A stretch of 64,000 nucleotides of DNA from Felis catus (taxonomy: Eukaryota). The stretch spans positions 236,222,001 to 236,286,000 of the forward strand of contig NC_058368.1 of NCBI RefSeq assembly GCF_018350175.1, in the 5' to 3' direction. A program made the translations under genes and the position numbers. This document shows positions 37,741 through 52,105 of the stretch, one piece after another. How positions within the stretch are numbered: the stretch's first letter is position 1; the number at the start of each line of letters is the position of its first letter. The notes under the pieces are model-generated. The model worked only from the letters and a program-made list of their open reading frames with translations, did not search any database and was not told the origin of the DNA.

Positions 37741-38742
37741 GTTCCTTTGGGGTTTTCACCCCATAAAGACAAGGGCCGTGCCTATCTTACAGAATGATGG
37801 ATTGCGCCGTGCGCGGAAGGCACTTAAGGACAGGCTCGTGCACCACAGGAGCATATTCCAGAAGGAAGACTAAGACAAGAGAAAAGCCCTTGCCTGGTCC
37901 TCCCACAGGCTGGGTGGGAGTGGGGAAAGGCACCGTGGAAGGGCCTAATAAAGACAGCTCAGATCACAGCCAGCCTCGACTCCACGCACGGGCTACCCAA
38001 GACCTCCTCGCATCGTGTGCATACACCAGCAAGCTCGGATCACGAAGCCCGTTAATACTGAGTGGTAGGCATTGGGATCCCACAGCGTTTCCTTTGAAAC
38101 AACTGCATACATGAAGGTATTGCTTGAGATATTTGGTAAGTATCGAAGTGTTTTGAAAGGGTCAAATCTCATCCGTTTTCCCAGAGCTGGAGATATTTAT
38201 AAAGGCAATGCAGTTTATTAGTCTTTTGAAACACCTCAAATAATTAGCCCATCTGAGTTTCCAGATTTACAATATAGTTTTGTTGAATTTACATTGGAAT
38301 AACTATCCGAAATTTAGCAGGCACGTTTATTTCTCCAGGTAAATCGGCAATGTTGTCTATTTCCAAGTTCATGAGGGTTAAAAGGGATAAGTCAGTCCCC
38401 AGAACCTGAGGGAACTTTGAAATCCCCTTTCTTATCTTGATAAGATAAGACCAAGGTCTGGAAAACAATCTCTGTGCTTGAGCTAAGGTACGTGACAGTT
38501 AAATCCAATATGCACCAAACTCTTGGTTGAATCCAAAGAAGCTCAGAAGAATGTGGTTGGGCAGTCACCAAGATTCGCTGAGGAATATCTATTTTCTAAA
38601 AGCGTTTATTTTAAAGTGTCCTGAAACGTAAGTGTTATTTTCATTCCTTTTTTTCTAACGGAATTAACCATTTTTAAACCCTTGAATTTTGTGTTTTTTT
38701 GAGAATTTGAGTTTTGTTTTTTTTTTTAAATGAAGGTGTGCA

Positions 38743-38900
38743 GGGGGTGCCTGGGTGGCTCGGTCAGTTAAGCATCTGACTTTGGCTCAGGTCACGATCT
38801 CATGGCTCTCGAGTTCCAGCCCCGCGTTGGGCTCTGTGCTGACAGCTCAGAGCCTGGAACCTGCTTTGCATAATGTGTCTCCCTCTCTCTCTGCCCCTCC

Positions 38901-38939
<39 letters not shown>

Positions 38940-38972
38940 TCAAAAATAAACATTAAAAATTTTTATTTAATA
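38743..38972 (+). mobile_element. Can-SINE
   Basis: Canonical head, long (CT)n; TSD AAATGAAGGTGT at 38728-38739 and 38973-38984. Confidence 0.95.
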
Positions 38973-40489
38973 AAATGAAGGTGTATAATTGAAAATATAA
39001 TTTCGATGCCAGGAATACATGAATGTCTCTCTGTGACTTGGTGCCCCCAGAGCAATGGCCTGGCCAGGACAGCTGAAGGGCACCGCTCAATGGGGGGACT
39101 GTGCCCACAGGCTTTGTCCGGCTTCAACCAGACACAGCTGGGATCGATCCCGTCTCAGCTGTCTCGGTGCTAGGGAAGGTTCATGGGTTTCCCAGAACAT
39201 GCGCTTGTTATTCAGTGAATTTTTTCCCCACCATCTCCTGTCTGAAATTAAATGAGTCGTTATAGGTTGAGTATCTTGCATATAATTGAGTCTGTTTCTA
39301 TCTTTGCTCTTCCCTTCACCGCCAGGAGCTGTAAACCCAAATGGAATTCATATAACCTGAAAAACTCCAGTTCTAGCGATTATGATATATACATAGGCAG
39401 ATGTGTGATTATACATGCATAATCACTCAAAAACATGTGGCTAGAGACAACATGGGCTTATCAACTAGCTGTGATTCCTTGTTCTCTGTGGTGACAATCT
39501 CATTGATTTTAGAATCCAGCAAGATGTTCTCCAGCTAATATTGGCAGAAAAGAAATTAGCGATGGAAGGATAGCAGATCCCCTTAGCCATCCCAAGGAGG
39601 TAAAGACTCTGACCGAGAACACAACCCTTTGCTGGGTCTTTCCGAAAGAACTAAAGGCCGAGAATCCGAGGACTTGTGATGAATGTCCACAGCTGCAAAG
39701 CACCTGACAGAACCCTCAGAATTAAAGCAGAAGAGGGTGTTTTCAGACGGGAAAGCGCGTTGAGATCAGGAGACTGGAATCTGAGAAAGGAAGTTAGTTG
39801 ACGGAGGTCACCCACGTAATTGCCAGCAAAATCAAGGCTAGAGTCAAGTTTGCCTTTTCCATGCAGCCTGATGCTGTAGACATGGTCAGTGGATGGACCC
39901 AGATGACAACTGAAATCCTACAGGGAGAGAAGAATGTGCTGAGGACCTTGGTTGTGAGTCTTTTCCGTTGTTATTACCAAACGCTCCCCATGATCACTTC
40001 TAGCACCTGTGCACTCTGCCCTGTGTGGGTGCGAAGGGTCACTAAGTTCCCAGGGACCCTCGACAAGAGACCTTGGTGGAGCCCGGGCCTGCAGGGTCTT
40101 GTGCGTTGCTGGATGTCAGAGTCCGCAGGCTTTGCGCTAGGTCAGCTGCTCGTGTTGGAAAGTCGGTAAGCAGAAAAGTTCCTTGGAGGACTAGAAATGG
40201 GAATCCAGCTAAGGAAAGGAAAACAGAGAAAAGGAGGTGGAATATAGACCGTGACAATGCAGTTTCCACCTGAAGGCAGTGGCGTGAGTTGAGGGTGCTC
40301 CCAGAAGTCCCCAAATCAACAAACATACACAGGGACGTGATTAGAACCACATGCCGTCATGGATGAGGACCAGGGGCATGTTACTCAATCATGACCAATT
40401 CCACCATCGTCGACGGAAAGACAGATGTTTGCCAAGACATCGAGCATCCTGTTAGTGGGAACATCCGTTTCATCTGGCACCAGCCTTCT

Positions 40490-40602
40490 TTGGGATCGGG
40501 GATTGATAAGCCCCCTGGGAATTCTGATTCATTCTGGATGTGGTGTGGATCCTGGGAACATGTCTTTGTAGAAAGCTCCCCAGGTAATTCAAAGCACACC
40601 CC
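40490..40602. mobile_element. MER5-like hAT fragment
   Basis: ATTCTGATTCATTCTGGATGTGG...AAGCTCCCCAGGTAATTC. Confidence 0.55.
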
Positions 40603-40664
40603 GATGGAGGAATAATTTTCTAAATTATGACTTGTCCATTCACCGTTAAGTTTTCACGAGATAC

Positions 40665-41008
40665 TTCTCTTAGTCGTTGCGGGTTGCTGTAACAGAATAC
40701 CGACCGACTGGGTAACTGATACACACAGAAATTTACTCCAGACAAGTCTGGAGGCTGGGAAGTCCAAGGTCAAGGCCCCCGTCTGGCCGAGTGAGGGCCC
40801 TCTTCTTGGTTCACAGCCAGCATCTCCCTGGTGTGTCCTCACATGGTGGGAGGGGCGAGGGAGCTCTGTGGGGGTGTTTTCTAAGGGCACAGATACCATT
40901 CATGACCTAATCACCTTCCACAGGACCCTCTTTTGATACCATTGTCTTCGGGGGTTAGGATTTCATCATATGCATTTTAGAAGTCTGCAAATTTTCAGAC
41001 CATAGCAT
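40665..41008 (-). mobile_element. MaLR solo LTR (MLT1A-like)
   Basis: TCTTAGTCGTTGCGGGTTGCTGTAACAGAATACC...TCTGGAGGCTGGGAAGTCCAAGGTCAAGG...CATGACCTAATCACCTTCC...TTCAGACCATAGCA. Confidence 0.9.
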
Positions 41009-42254
41009 TACTCTTATGTGTAAAATATAAACCCTAACTGAACCAGTGTTGTGAGACCCTTGAGGGAGCACTTAGGGCCCACGCACATGCTACCACTCAG
41101 GAGCGTGACTGCTGCTTCCCCTGTAGCCGTGACCGCACCGCGGACGCTTCCAGTCTCCAACATGGGCTGGAGGAGTGGGAGGTCAGACTTTGAGCAGAGG
41201 CTGTGTCCTGTCGAGCCCCATGTTCAAACCCTGGCTCTCCTGCGGGAAGCACCGAGCAAATCGCTACAAACCGGGCTCCCACCCTATAAGGACAGAGTGC
41301 ACGGAAGGACGTGACATTTGAGCTTGTCCGATAGCTGTGGCAACGGCAGCTCCCTGAAAGAGAAACCAAACGGAAACATTGATATTTTGGGAGAAAAGAT
41401 GAAATGGACCAATTGGACACAGAGTTGAGGGAGGAGGCCGGAAAGGCGACTCGGGGAAATCCGCACTCTGTGGGGGACTGTAAGGTCAGTACCTCTGATC
41501 AAGAGGACCCAGGAGAGGGCATGATTTGAGGGCTGGGCGCGGCTTGCTTTCCAAAGAGCCGAATCTAATGCGGGGACTGACGACATGGTCCGAGGTGAGC
41601 AGGGTTGGGATTTGGGGTCTGACATTCAGGAGCGCTCCGGGCAGGAAATAGAAACTCAAGAATTATCTCCATATAAATGGGACTCTGGGTTGAAGCTGCC
41701 CCTAGAGCAATGTTATTTTTACACAAAGAGTCCTTTTTCTCCACAAGTGCACCCAGACTGTTTATCCAGTTAGATAAAGGAGCAGTCTTGTCCTCATGAA
41801 AAATCTGCCTGAACGTGTGACGGCTTTATAATTCAAGGATTTGATGGGGTGATTTCATTTTTCAATAGGTGCAGATGATCTCGGGGGGAAAGTTCCTTTC
41901 TCCACATTTAATTAATAGAAACTCTTGAAGGAGGAGACACCTTCAACTAAGAGACAAGGTGGAATGGAACGTGAAGGTGTGGAGGGCTGTGATCGATCGA
42001 CAACGAGGTGGAACGGAGACTCTGTTTTGGCCGGAGGGATCTGCTCCTCGCTGTGGACCGTGCGACCGGACCTCAGAGCCCCCAGCTCAGGACAATCACC
42101 CGGAGCACCTGTTAACATGACACATTGTGAAAGCACTTCCCTGGAGAGTCCCACTGAGAAAAGGTTGGGGGAGACGGGTCACCCGCTGGTCCTTACAAGG
42201 CAGGATTAGGACGCCTGGCCCCGGGCTGTCAGAGAAATGGCCAGCGAGCCTGGT

Positions 42255-42440
42255 TAATCAGAACCACCCAGAGTCCTTGTGAAAAACAGAAAACACCTCC
42301 AGGCTAGCTGGCAATTTCTCTGGGAGTCTCTAGTTCAGCCCATCAGGGGATAGCCTGAGAATCTGCAAAACTAAAAGTGCCCCGAGGTGATGCTAACACA
42401 GCTGGTACCATATTGGAAGGAACTTTGAGACCCACTGCTA
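42255..42440. mobile_element. MER5A-like hAT fragment
   Basis: ATCAGAACCACCCAGAG...CCTGAGAATCTGCA...AGGTGATGCT...ACTTTGAGACCCACTG. Confidence 0.7.
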
Positions 42441-42469
42441 TCAAGTATGATTTTCCAGGGGAAAATCAT

Positions 42470-42994
42470 TAAATTCTTGCCAGTGATGGACCTGGGGACT
42501 ATTACACCAAGTAAAAAAGTCAGAGAGACAGATACTGTGTGATTTCACTTATGCGTGGCATCTAAGAAGCAAAAGGAAGAAACAAACGAAACTGAGCAGA
42601 AACTGACATGTAGACGCAGGAAACAAACTCTCATTACCAAAGGGGAGCAGGTGGAGGTCAGATGAATGGGGGAAGGGGAGTAAACCGTACAAGCTTCCAA
42701 TCCCACAGTAAATATGTTCAGGGCACGTAATGCCCAACACAGGGAGCGGAGTCCGTGAGGACGGTGTGATAACATTGTTTGTTGACAGAGGGTAACTACA
42801 CGCATGGTGGGGATCATCACTTCATCATGTTTAAAAATAGCGAACCACTGGGGCGCCTGGGTGGCTTAGTCGGTTAAGCGTCCGACTTCGGTTCAGGTCC
42901 TGATCAGGCTCAGGTCATGATCTCACAGTTTGTGAGTTTGAACCCCACGACGGGCTCTGTGGTGACAGCTCAGAACGTGGAGCCTGCTTTGGAA

Positions 42995-43034
<40 letters not shown>

Positions 43035-43182
43035 TCTCTCTCTTTGCTCCTCCCCCACTCATGCTCTGTCTCTCTCAAAAAATAAATAAATGTTAAAAAA
43101 AATAAATATAATGAACCACTATGACATACACTTGAAACCAATGGGATATTATATGTAAATTATACTTCAATTGAAACAAAAA
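42470..43182 (+). mobile_element. Carnivore L1 3' end interrupted by a SINE
   Basis: GATGGACCTGG...GATTTCACTTATGCGTGG (L1 ORF2 end and 3'UTR) resumes after the SINE as CACTATGACATACACTTGAAACC...ATTATACTTCAATT. Confidence 0.85.
42850..43105 (+). mobile_element. Can-SINE with an internal duplication and expanded (TG)18
   Basis: Canonical head; duplicated GG(T/C)TCAGGTC(C/A)TGATC; (TG)18 at 42997-43032; TSD ending gaaccact. Confidence 0.95.
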
Positions 43183-46100
43183 GTCTTGCTAGTGAAGCAA
43201 AGTTTCTGGTGACATCACCCAAGAGCCGTGAACTTGAAGCCCTTCCTTGGCAGGTGCCACCGGAGCCGCCCTCCTCCTCCTCCTCCCCATCACTGGGCAC
43301 CCACCCCTAGGGAGTAGATGTCACTCTCCCCCAGGGTAAAAGGAAACCCGAGAGAAAGGGACTCGTGTTAAATTTTGGGTGCATTCATAACCAGCACACA
43401 TCTCCGAAGCATATCTACATTGAACAAAAGGAGGGAGGCAGGTGAAACCAAAGAAATACATTTCTAATGGTGCAATTCCTGGCTGACGAGGAAGATGCTT
43501 GTGGGCCGGGAAGCTTCCTTTTACAGCTCAAGGAAACGAGTCCACGATTTCCACCCTAAATCTCACCCAACTGTAGGCTTATTTGCCTGCTATTTTCCTA
43601 TTTTTTCCCTTTTTTTTCTTTGTTAGAAAGCGCATTTTCTTCTTTGCTAAATGGGCAATAATTTGGAGGGTGCTAAAAAGCAATCGCTCCGTAGAATGTT
43701 ATAAATGTAGGCTGACGGAGCAGTTATTATGCCTTTCGAAAATCTGACGGATTGTCCACCACTGGGCGCAAACCTCCTCTTTGGCCGCAGCGTCCTCTGC
43801 CTTAGGGGCACAGAGCGCCGTGGGCATCCTTTGTGAGCGTGCACCTGCTGCCGGGCCCTTGAGCTCCTCCCTCCTCCTCCTTCCCACTGCAACGTGAGAA
43901 CAGAAGAGGGGGTGGAAACAGACCCAGGGCTGGTTGGTAACCTGTCCAGAGCACCCCATGGACTCCGACAGATGAACATGGGCTCGGGCAGGTGAGGCAC
44001 ACTCTTTGTCCTCTTACGCCGGGTGGGACAATCTGAAATAAGGGAACATTGCATTACATCCTGGACACATGTAACGCTTTCATATTTGCCTATCATATCT
44101 TTTTTACTTTACACGTGAAACCGCACTCATAGCTTTATTAGTCATTCCTTTGTTCCAGTTTTGGGATGAGATATAGGTTAAATGGAAAAAAAAATCATGT
44201 GAAATATTTTATACTTTTTTTTTCAAATTATATGAATGGGTTTCATAATTCTAATTGGTAGGTTTGCCCTTAAACTTTCTCTCCCCCCATCCCCCAGGAA
44301 TATCAGTGGAACACATTTTTTCAGGAAAATAAATTTCTAAAATGCTAAAATTACTACACATTAAACCATAAGAAAGCATATTAAGCGAATATTTGGAGTC
44401 TGTCTGGCTTAAAACCAGAAAGCATGGAAATTAAACCTTTAGGCTTAAATTTTAACATAACTTAAAAGTTCTACATTTTGAGTTGGGCTAACGGTGTTTT
44501 TCCCCAGTTGGTTTTCAGAAACTCCTTTAAGCCTCGAATCAGGAAGGGGGAAAATACCCCCAAAAGAAATACAGAACTGCAGGATGATGATGATTTTTTT
44601 TTTTTTTAAGAATCACTGCCAGGTTGTACAAAATTCTATGCCGCTCCTTCAAAAGTTCCTCTGTTTAAAGAAACACATTTTTCCTTAGAAAACAGAGGCT
44701 GTTAGAAAGAGATCCTAACACTGAATTATCCAATAAAACGTGATTGCTTTAGCATTGTGGGGGAGGAGGGGGATTAAGGAATCGATCTTATTCTCTGACT
44801 TTTCCCTTGTTAACTTTAGAAATTCAGAATCAGCAATCCGCTCTAAAATACAGATCGTTGGAAGTGAGCTATTTCAAATGCAGGTGTTTTCAGTTCACCC
44901 AGACACCCAGGTGCAGAATAAACACAGAGTTAAACCTACCGCAGCCTAGTCTTTCTATCACCGAGTTCTCAGCTCTTAAAATACGACGCATACCCTCTTT
45001 ATGAAGCAAGTTTTCATTTCTTTGCTATAGGAGGATGCATTCTATCTTCACAACAAGAAAACAAGGCTTTGGCTGAGTGAATACTCTCCTCAGACATATG
45101 TGTGAAAGCAAACAATAATTCTTTTAGCAATTGAAAGTATTCTGAGGAAATATGCCCGCCTTGGAACATTCTGCTCACAGCAGCGGCTAGTCTGTGCATA
45201 CATCTTTAATTAGATGATTACATTCTACTCTATCAGTGTCCCCCATGAAGGAAAAAGGAACTGTTGGGGAAAGTATGATTAGTTCTCATTTGCTGAAACC
45301 TACCCACACACATACATGAAAAGAGAAAAAGCCAGTGAGCTCAACATTTTACCACCCCAGGTAAGGTATCCGTTAGAAATTGAATTTTTTTTTAAATCTT
45401 CTTTGCATATGTTAGTCACTTAATAGAGACTGGCTTTAGGCTGATGATTTTCTGGCAAAAAATAAAAAAATGAGAAAATCACTGCCCTTTACCTGTTTCT
45501 GGCAAATTAACTGTCCCCTCTGGACCACAGCCGTGAGATGCCGTCCTTGGTTTTTGGTGCCTGTGTCTTTGACACACGCATTTTCTGTCATCAAAGTTCG
45601 ACTCGGGGACCCGACTCTCCACTTGTTTCAAATCCTCACACCGGGGTCTTAACCCAGCCAGCCTGCTTCCGACCTCTGGACGCTGGCTGCCACCTTCCTC
45701 GTCTGTCTGGGACTTTTTTCGTGCTGGGTGTCCTTAGGAGGAAGGATGATTATTTCATGCCCCCCGTTTATGAGAACCAGGCCCCCGTGAGATGCCCATC
45801 ACTCCCTTCCGTGAGCCACTTTGAGTCCCAGATACCTTCTCCTTTGCCTGCAATGACCTAAGGTTCACAGCAGGTGACACTGCGTGAAGAAGTCCCAAAA
45901 TACATTTGGAATTTGAAAACGGTGCTGATTTTTGTCTGTTCCTCAAAGCACCCAGATGGGCCATTTAATACTGCACAGCACACTGGCTTGATCAAATTCC
46001 CTCAACGAAAGACCGGAGCCAGTTGAACGTGAACAAGCTCTATGCAGAGTTTCGCCTGCTCTGGGAATAAGGGCTACGTGCACACGGCGCTCAGCCTGAG

Positions 46101-49100
46101 TTTCATTGGCGCTGTTTCTTCGGTAGGAGGATTCCCGCTGTCCTCACAGCACGACTACTCAGTTCTGGCAAGCGGGAGCCACGGATGACTACTTCCTGAT
46201 GCTTCCCGTGCATCCGTTTCCAAATGCTTTTTCTCTCGGTGGTCGTATATATCATTAGTGGATGACAAAACCTATTTGGGCTATAAACTTTGAGCCAATG
46301 GCTTAACAGCAAAGTCAGAAAATATTAGGCTAGGGTGATGGCGAGTTAGTCACTTTTGATGAAACTAACCAAATGTTAAATTCAGTTAAAGGAACAAAGG
46401 GCGACCAATGATAGATGGAAACATATCTTACGTTTTGCCTGGGGGCATAGGAAATTGGAGGAAAGCTAACACGGGATGCTTCAACGGAAGCTGCCGTAAA
46501 AACAAAAGACACCGTCACCTGGGAGAAAAGGAGCTATTTTCAACGCGGTTGAAAGTTTTGCTCTTTGCTATACCTCACTTTTTACATTTAGTGACAAGAT
46601 TTTTTTTTTCAATGTCACACATTGTAAATCGAAAGAATTTTTAAGGGCTGGAAAAAGCCCATGATGGGGTACAGACGTGGTTACACCCACTTGTGACTAT
46701 GGCACTAGATAATTATTCATTCTCTCATGTTGTTTGTGTTATAATTAGGGCTCTCTATTAGAAATAAGGTAGTAAAGTCTCCCCAAAGAATGGCTGAGTT
46801 TGTGAGCCAGAATATTGGACTATAAGGGCTACTTTTTGTTGGGTTTTTATTATAACATGTGCTACATTAACTCACTTACCTTTAAAAACTTTTTTTTCCC
46901 TCTCTATTTGGAGGTTGCCCAAACATTTTTAAGTTGTTTCCTCATTTTTACGGATTATAGGAAAACCTCAATCATGTCCCCAAACTCACATTTGAATAAT
47001 AATAAAAAATCATATTTTACTACAAAAGTGTTGGCAGGAGGTTAAAATATCACTTTGAAAAGCACTTACTCACTTATTTTTACATTTCAAGAACTGTAAG
47101 GCAGCCTGACTTAACTGAGACGTGGTTAATTTTAACTTCAATTTGTTTTATTTGAAAAAAAAAAACACCTTAATTTGGGTCTTCAAGAATGCAACTTAAG
47201 TAAGTCCATAAAAATAAACATGAGGCAAGTTCCACGAGAATTTTGAGTCTAGGGCAAAATCTTAAAAGCAAAGAGGAACTCAGAATCTCAGACACTCAAA
47301 GGGTATGGGGTACAGGGATCGGAGTTTGCAGGGATGTGTCCATTCATGGTGCTTTAGCGGGCTGACTGTAATAACCAGGGAAGCCTGTACCAATTTTGAA
47401 GAGCTAGAATGGGCAGAGCCTGTAATGGGCACTTGGAGAAGGGGCACCATATTAGGACAAGCTGAATAATGGCTGGATGTTCCCTGAACTGCCACAGTTC
47501 CTCCTCAGCTTTGGCTTCTGTTTAGTTAGACATGACCATGGAAACATGGACTTCCACCTCTGACGACTGAGGATGGACAAATATTTCCGAAGCTCTTTGA
47601 CATCAGTAGGGAGTCACAGGAGCACAAGAATGACTTGTGTTTGTGTGTTTTCTGTGACTCCTCTCCCATTGCAGAGAGCTGTCCTTGGAGGTCCTGGTGG
47701 AGACATTAAATGCAAATACAAATGAGCAAATTCAACTCAACAGGGTGCCATTTCTTTCTTTCTTTCTTCCCCCCCTCCCCCCTTAGGATATAGCTCACGT
47801 TCTAATCTTATCTCTCTGTAGCTTTTCTTTTCTGCCAGCCTTCACCTTGTCCTGAACAAATTACGTGTCTGTCTCCTTGCTGGACTGAGGGCTTCTGGGC
47901 AATACGGTCCTGGGTAGGACACAGGCCTTACTCAACACCCTCCTGCTACATGGGAGGCATTCAACACAGATTACAGAGAAAACATCAAGAATCGAGGAAA
48001 AGGTAGAACAAAGATGATCCCACTGGCAAAGTTCATAAATTTTCATGGACAACTTAAGTAAAAAAATTATATCAACACATCATAGCCTTAGAGTTTAATA
48101 CTCATGCAAGGAGGATTTCCATTCCCTGATACGAAGTGTCTCATTGTTACCTCTTTAAAAATTTCCACTTTCAGAAATATTCTCAACTCAAAGGTTGAGA
48201 ATCCTATGATTACTTTTACCATAATAATATTAGTGATTCCTCATCGCGGAGGGGCTCCTCTTAGTTTAATGCGATGTGTACACACAGTCCCTGCAAGGGT
48301 AACGTGGCCACAACCAGAATGTGGCATCCTTGAGAGGAGGCCTTGACCCCACCCTGTTCCCCAGCACCGAGAATAGAGCCTGACACAGAGGACAACACGC
48401 ATCTGCGGAATGAATGCCACGAGGATATAAAACTCAAGCTCAGGGAAGGCACTTTCTCCTCAGTTCCCAAAGCGGGGGGGGTGGGCACCCCGTCTGACCC
48501 TGTGGTCATGCGACTCTGAACTCCAGTTTGAATGGCACAAGCACCTCACCAGCCACTCAGAACCTTTGGTGGCGCCCAGTTACACATTTCACTCTAAATC
48601 TTACTCATTGTGGATCTCAAAGTTAATTTCACTCTGGAAAATGGCTGCCCGTGTCACTTCGACTTTACCCCTTGAAACAGCTTTACAAAAGTGAATTTTT
48701 TAAAAAAATAAGTCCAACGAAGAGATTGTAATGGCTTATTAATACCTATTCCAAACTCTGTAGAAAACTAACACACATATCTCAACGACGAGCCCCATTC
48801 TCATAAGTAAAGACAATATAACATCAATCCTCACTAAAATTCTCTCTTTTGGCAAACACAGAGTGAAAGGATCCCACTCCTTGTAAGATGATGTTCTAAC
48901 TTTATCTACCAGCTGCACAAATTTGTGCCCATAAGGAGAGTGTGCATCTTAATGAGACAAGGACCAAAACATAGTACTTACTAGATGCATGGTTAATAAA
49001 CGACTCAAAAACAATTTTACCAAAATTTTGCCAGCTATTTATATCATAACCCTACAGGTAAATACACCAGTCTGTGTGCATCTTATAACCAGCTGCAGCA

Positions 49101-49954
49101 AACAAGAGACAAACATTTTGAGCGCACACCCACAACTCATATGACTATACATGTGCGAAGAGAGACTCTAAGGTGGTTACTTGTGTTTGCATTTTATCTT
49201 GCCTGAAATTGACATGCAACTTTCTATCAATGGTGTTGTGTCATCACTGTAGGCCTGGATGGAGATTGGGGTCTTCTTAAGAGGATTTGGATTTGCTACT
49301 TTTCATAATCTGAGAGCCCCATCAGCTTTCAACCACTTTAAGATGAATTCTCTGCCCGAGGATCTTTGGACTTGGCTGGCAATGTGAATTCCAACTAAGA
49401 ATGCATGTGTATGTCAGCATGAGATGCAAATTATTAGAGAAGATTTGGGGATTTTTTCTTGCCCTTGGCCAGAGTTTAGATCTTCAAGTTTCCCCCTGTT
49501 CCTCTTAGAGTTCTGGCTCTATTTTTGTTAATCTTCACATTGAGGCCTTGACTCTTTGATCACTGCACTCTACATAGGTGTTCCATAAGATTACCATGTC
49601 AGTATTTGCTTTTCTTAATAGCACATTAAATTAAGGTACATCTTACAGATCAACATGACTTAGATGTTCTGTAAAGGAATACATATATCTCCCTTGTTTA
49701 TTGTAAATGAAGCACCTCATTAATTCCTTAAGGAGGTTAAGTGAATTCTACTGTCCAAGAATTTCTGTTGGAGATTCCACTCCCTTGGAATATTACCCAG
49801 TAACATATTATAGCCTTTCTTTCTCTGTCGTTGTCTGTGTTGCCTGTAGACCCTGTGGTGAGCTCCTGTGGCAGAGAGAATATCGATATACCAATGGCAT
49901 TACAGTACTTGGTGTAACAATACTGGGTGGTGAGTAGAGGTTAGCTCGCTGGCT

Positions 49955-50036
49955 GATTGGCTGGTTGGATGGGTGAATGGATGGATGACTGGGTGGATGG
50001 TTGGTTAGATGGATGGATGGTGGATGGATGGATGGG
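49955..50036. repeat. Degenerate (TGGA)n microsatellite
   Basis: Directly visible. Confidence 0.85.
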
Positions 50037-50358
50037 ATCAATGGTAAAGATTATACAGGGATAAAAAAGTGTCATCGCCCCCAAGAGATATAAAACTAAT
50101 AAACAGGTTAATGTTCTCTCTATTTTGTCATTCTCCCTCCAAATCAGGGAGATTCACTTTGTGCAGTCCAAACACCTTTTCATATTGGCGAGAAGGACAA
50201 ATAAACTATATCCTGGGTCCAAGAACCAGGCCTTTACTTGTTGTAACTCAGGCTTTCAAAAGGGACCGGCAAATCACTGAAGCATTCAACATAAACTATG
50301 ACATTATTCTTTTATCTTCCCTTCTTCTTATCCTACTCATGTTTGGAAGAAACCATTT

Positions 50359-50529
50359 AAAAAAAAGTTTATATACCTATTTTTGAGGGGGGCGGGGAGA
50401 AAGAGAGAATCCCAAGCAGGCTCCATGCTCGATCCCTATGTAGAACTTGATCCCACAAACTGTGAGATCACGACCTGAGTCAAAACCAAGAGTCAGATGC
50501 TCAACTGACTGAGGCCACCCAAGCACCCC
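50359..50529 (-). mobile_element. Can-SINE
   Basis: GAGAGAATCCCAAGCAGGCTCC...ACCTGAGTCAAAACCAAGAGTCAGATGCTCAACTGACTGAG...CACCCC; TSD gaaga(a/g)accattt. Confidence 0.9.
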
Positions 50530-52072
50530 AGAAGAGACCATTTTTGAGTCCCTGTTCTAAGTTCCATCCTGTTTTTCAGGTTGTTACTAACCTCAAGAAA
50601 CTCACTGTCTGGTTGCAGGTACGAGGCCACGATGCAGGAAATACTTCCGCAAGGGCGGGCTCCATAAGACAAGGTTCTGGGCCTCTGCCGTCGACAGAGG
50701 CCATTCCCGGATCCAGAAGTCAGAGATGTTATCCAGACAAGGAAAGTGGAGAAACGGGAAGCCCATGAAGGGGCGTAGGACAAAGAGCGACTTGAAGAAT
50801 ATGTCGGACCTTAAACCACTCCATGTAATTTAAACATTTAAACTTAAAATAACATTTGAGGGAGGATGGTTAGTCATTACTGTATTCAGACTCAATGTCT
50901 GATTTTTAAAAATCATTCTCACATTGGGGCCTACAAAATGGAAATTAAGGTGAGCTATATAGAGCGGGAGGCGAAGTGGAGAGAGCACTTTAGCCTATGG
51001 AAAGTCCACATAAAACTTAAAATGTTAACATGACTTCTTTCACCTCAGGTGAATTTATAAATGAAACTTTTTTTTCTCCTTTTTTTTTTTAAGGCTACAA
51101 ATTCATTAGTATATTCTTGGGAATGACTGATTCAATTCAAAGGATTTTTAATAATTCTGGTAACTCTAATCTGAACCATTATTTCTAATTTCTTAATATG
51201 AAACTAGAAATATTGGTGACCTAATAAGTTTTACAGCATTGCACACGACTTTCTTTATGGAGCTTACGCCATTATGTAATATGTTATAAAGCGAGTCGAA
51301 TGTTGTAAAACTCATTATTTTTTTTTCTCTTAGCTAAAGTGCATGATAGCCAAAAATTTAAGTGGAAAGCTATTAAAGTTCCAGAAATCCCAACCTTCCA
51401 TGTTTTTTCAAATGTTCTATTTCGCTTTTTTTGGTGCTTTGTGTCCTAGGTACTGACTCTGGGTCGACTGAAAGGGAGTATCTGAATGCGGCAGAGTAAC
51501 CTTGGCCTTCTAACTATTGATCTGTATTAATTCTCCCACTTTTGTTAGGACAATTATAAACTGACGAAACAAACAGAACTAAAATTTAAAAAGAATTGTT
51601 TAAAAAAAACCAACCTAAGCGTTAGAAATAATCATTTCTTGTTGATGAGAGTGTTTTGATTACCCTACGCTTCAATCCCCAGTGAGTCCCCTCTTCTCAG
51701 AAGCCCACCGTGTGGGGCAGGAAAGAAAATATGTTCTTACTTGTAGCGGTTTGCCTGGGCGCTTGCAGGCGCAGTTCTGGTAACAGGCCCAGAGGGTAGT
51801 GGTTTCCATAGGGTTTCGGATGTGAATTAAAATGATGTTACCTTTGACCAGAGGACCTGGAGCATTACAGGGTGTCTTTGCCACACTCCTGGGTGAGTTC
51901 AGAACCAACAAATGAGAAGAACTAATGGTAAACACGGAGAGTAAAGGGAGAGGGATACATGTCTCTACAAACAGACATGGCCTCCCTCTGGTCACTCCAC
52001 GGAGGGGTACATTAGGCCCATTTCTCCTCCAACAAAAGGAGTGGAGGGCTTTACAAAGTTGCTCAAATGAGG

Positions 52073-52073
<1 letters not shown>

Positions 52074-52105
<32 letters not shown>

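Noticed and set aside
46874..46883. Perfect minus-strand splice donor AAG|GTAAGT
   Set aside because: No convincing matching acceptor or ORF nearby; single matches are expected by chance
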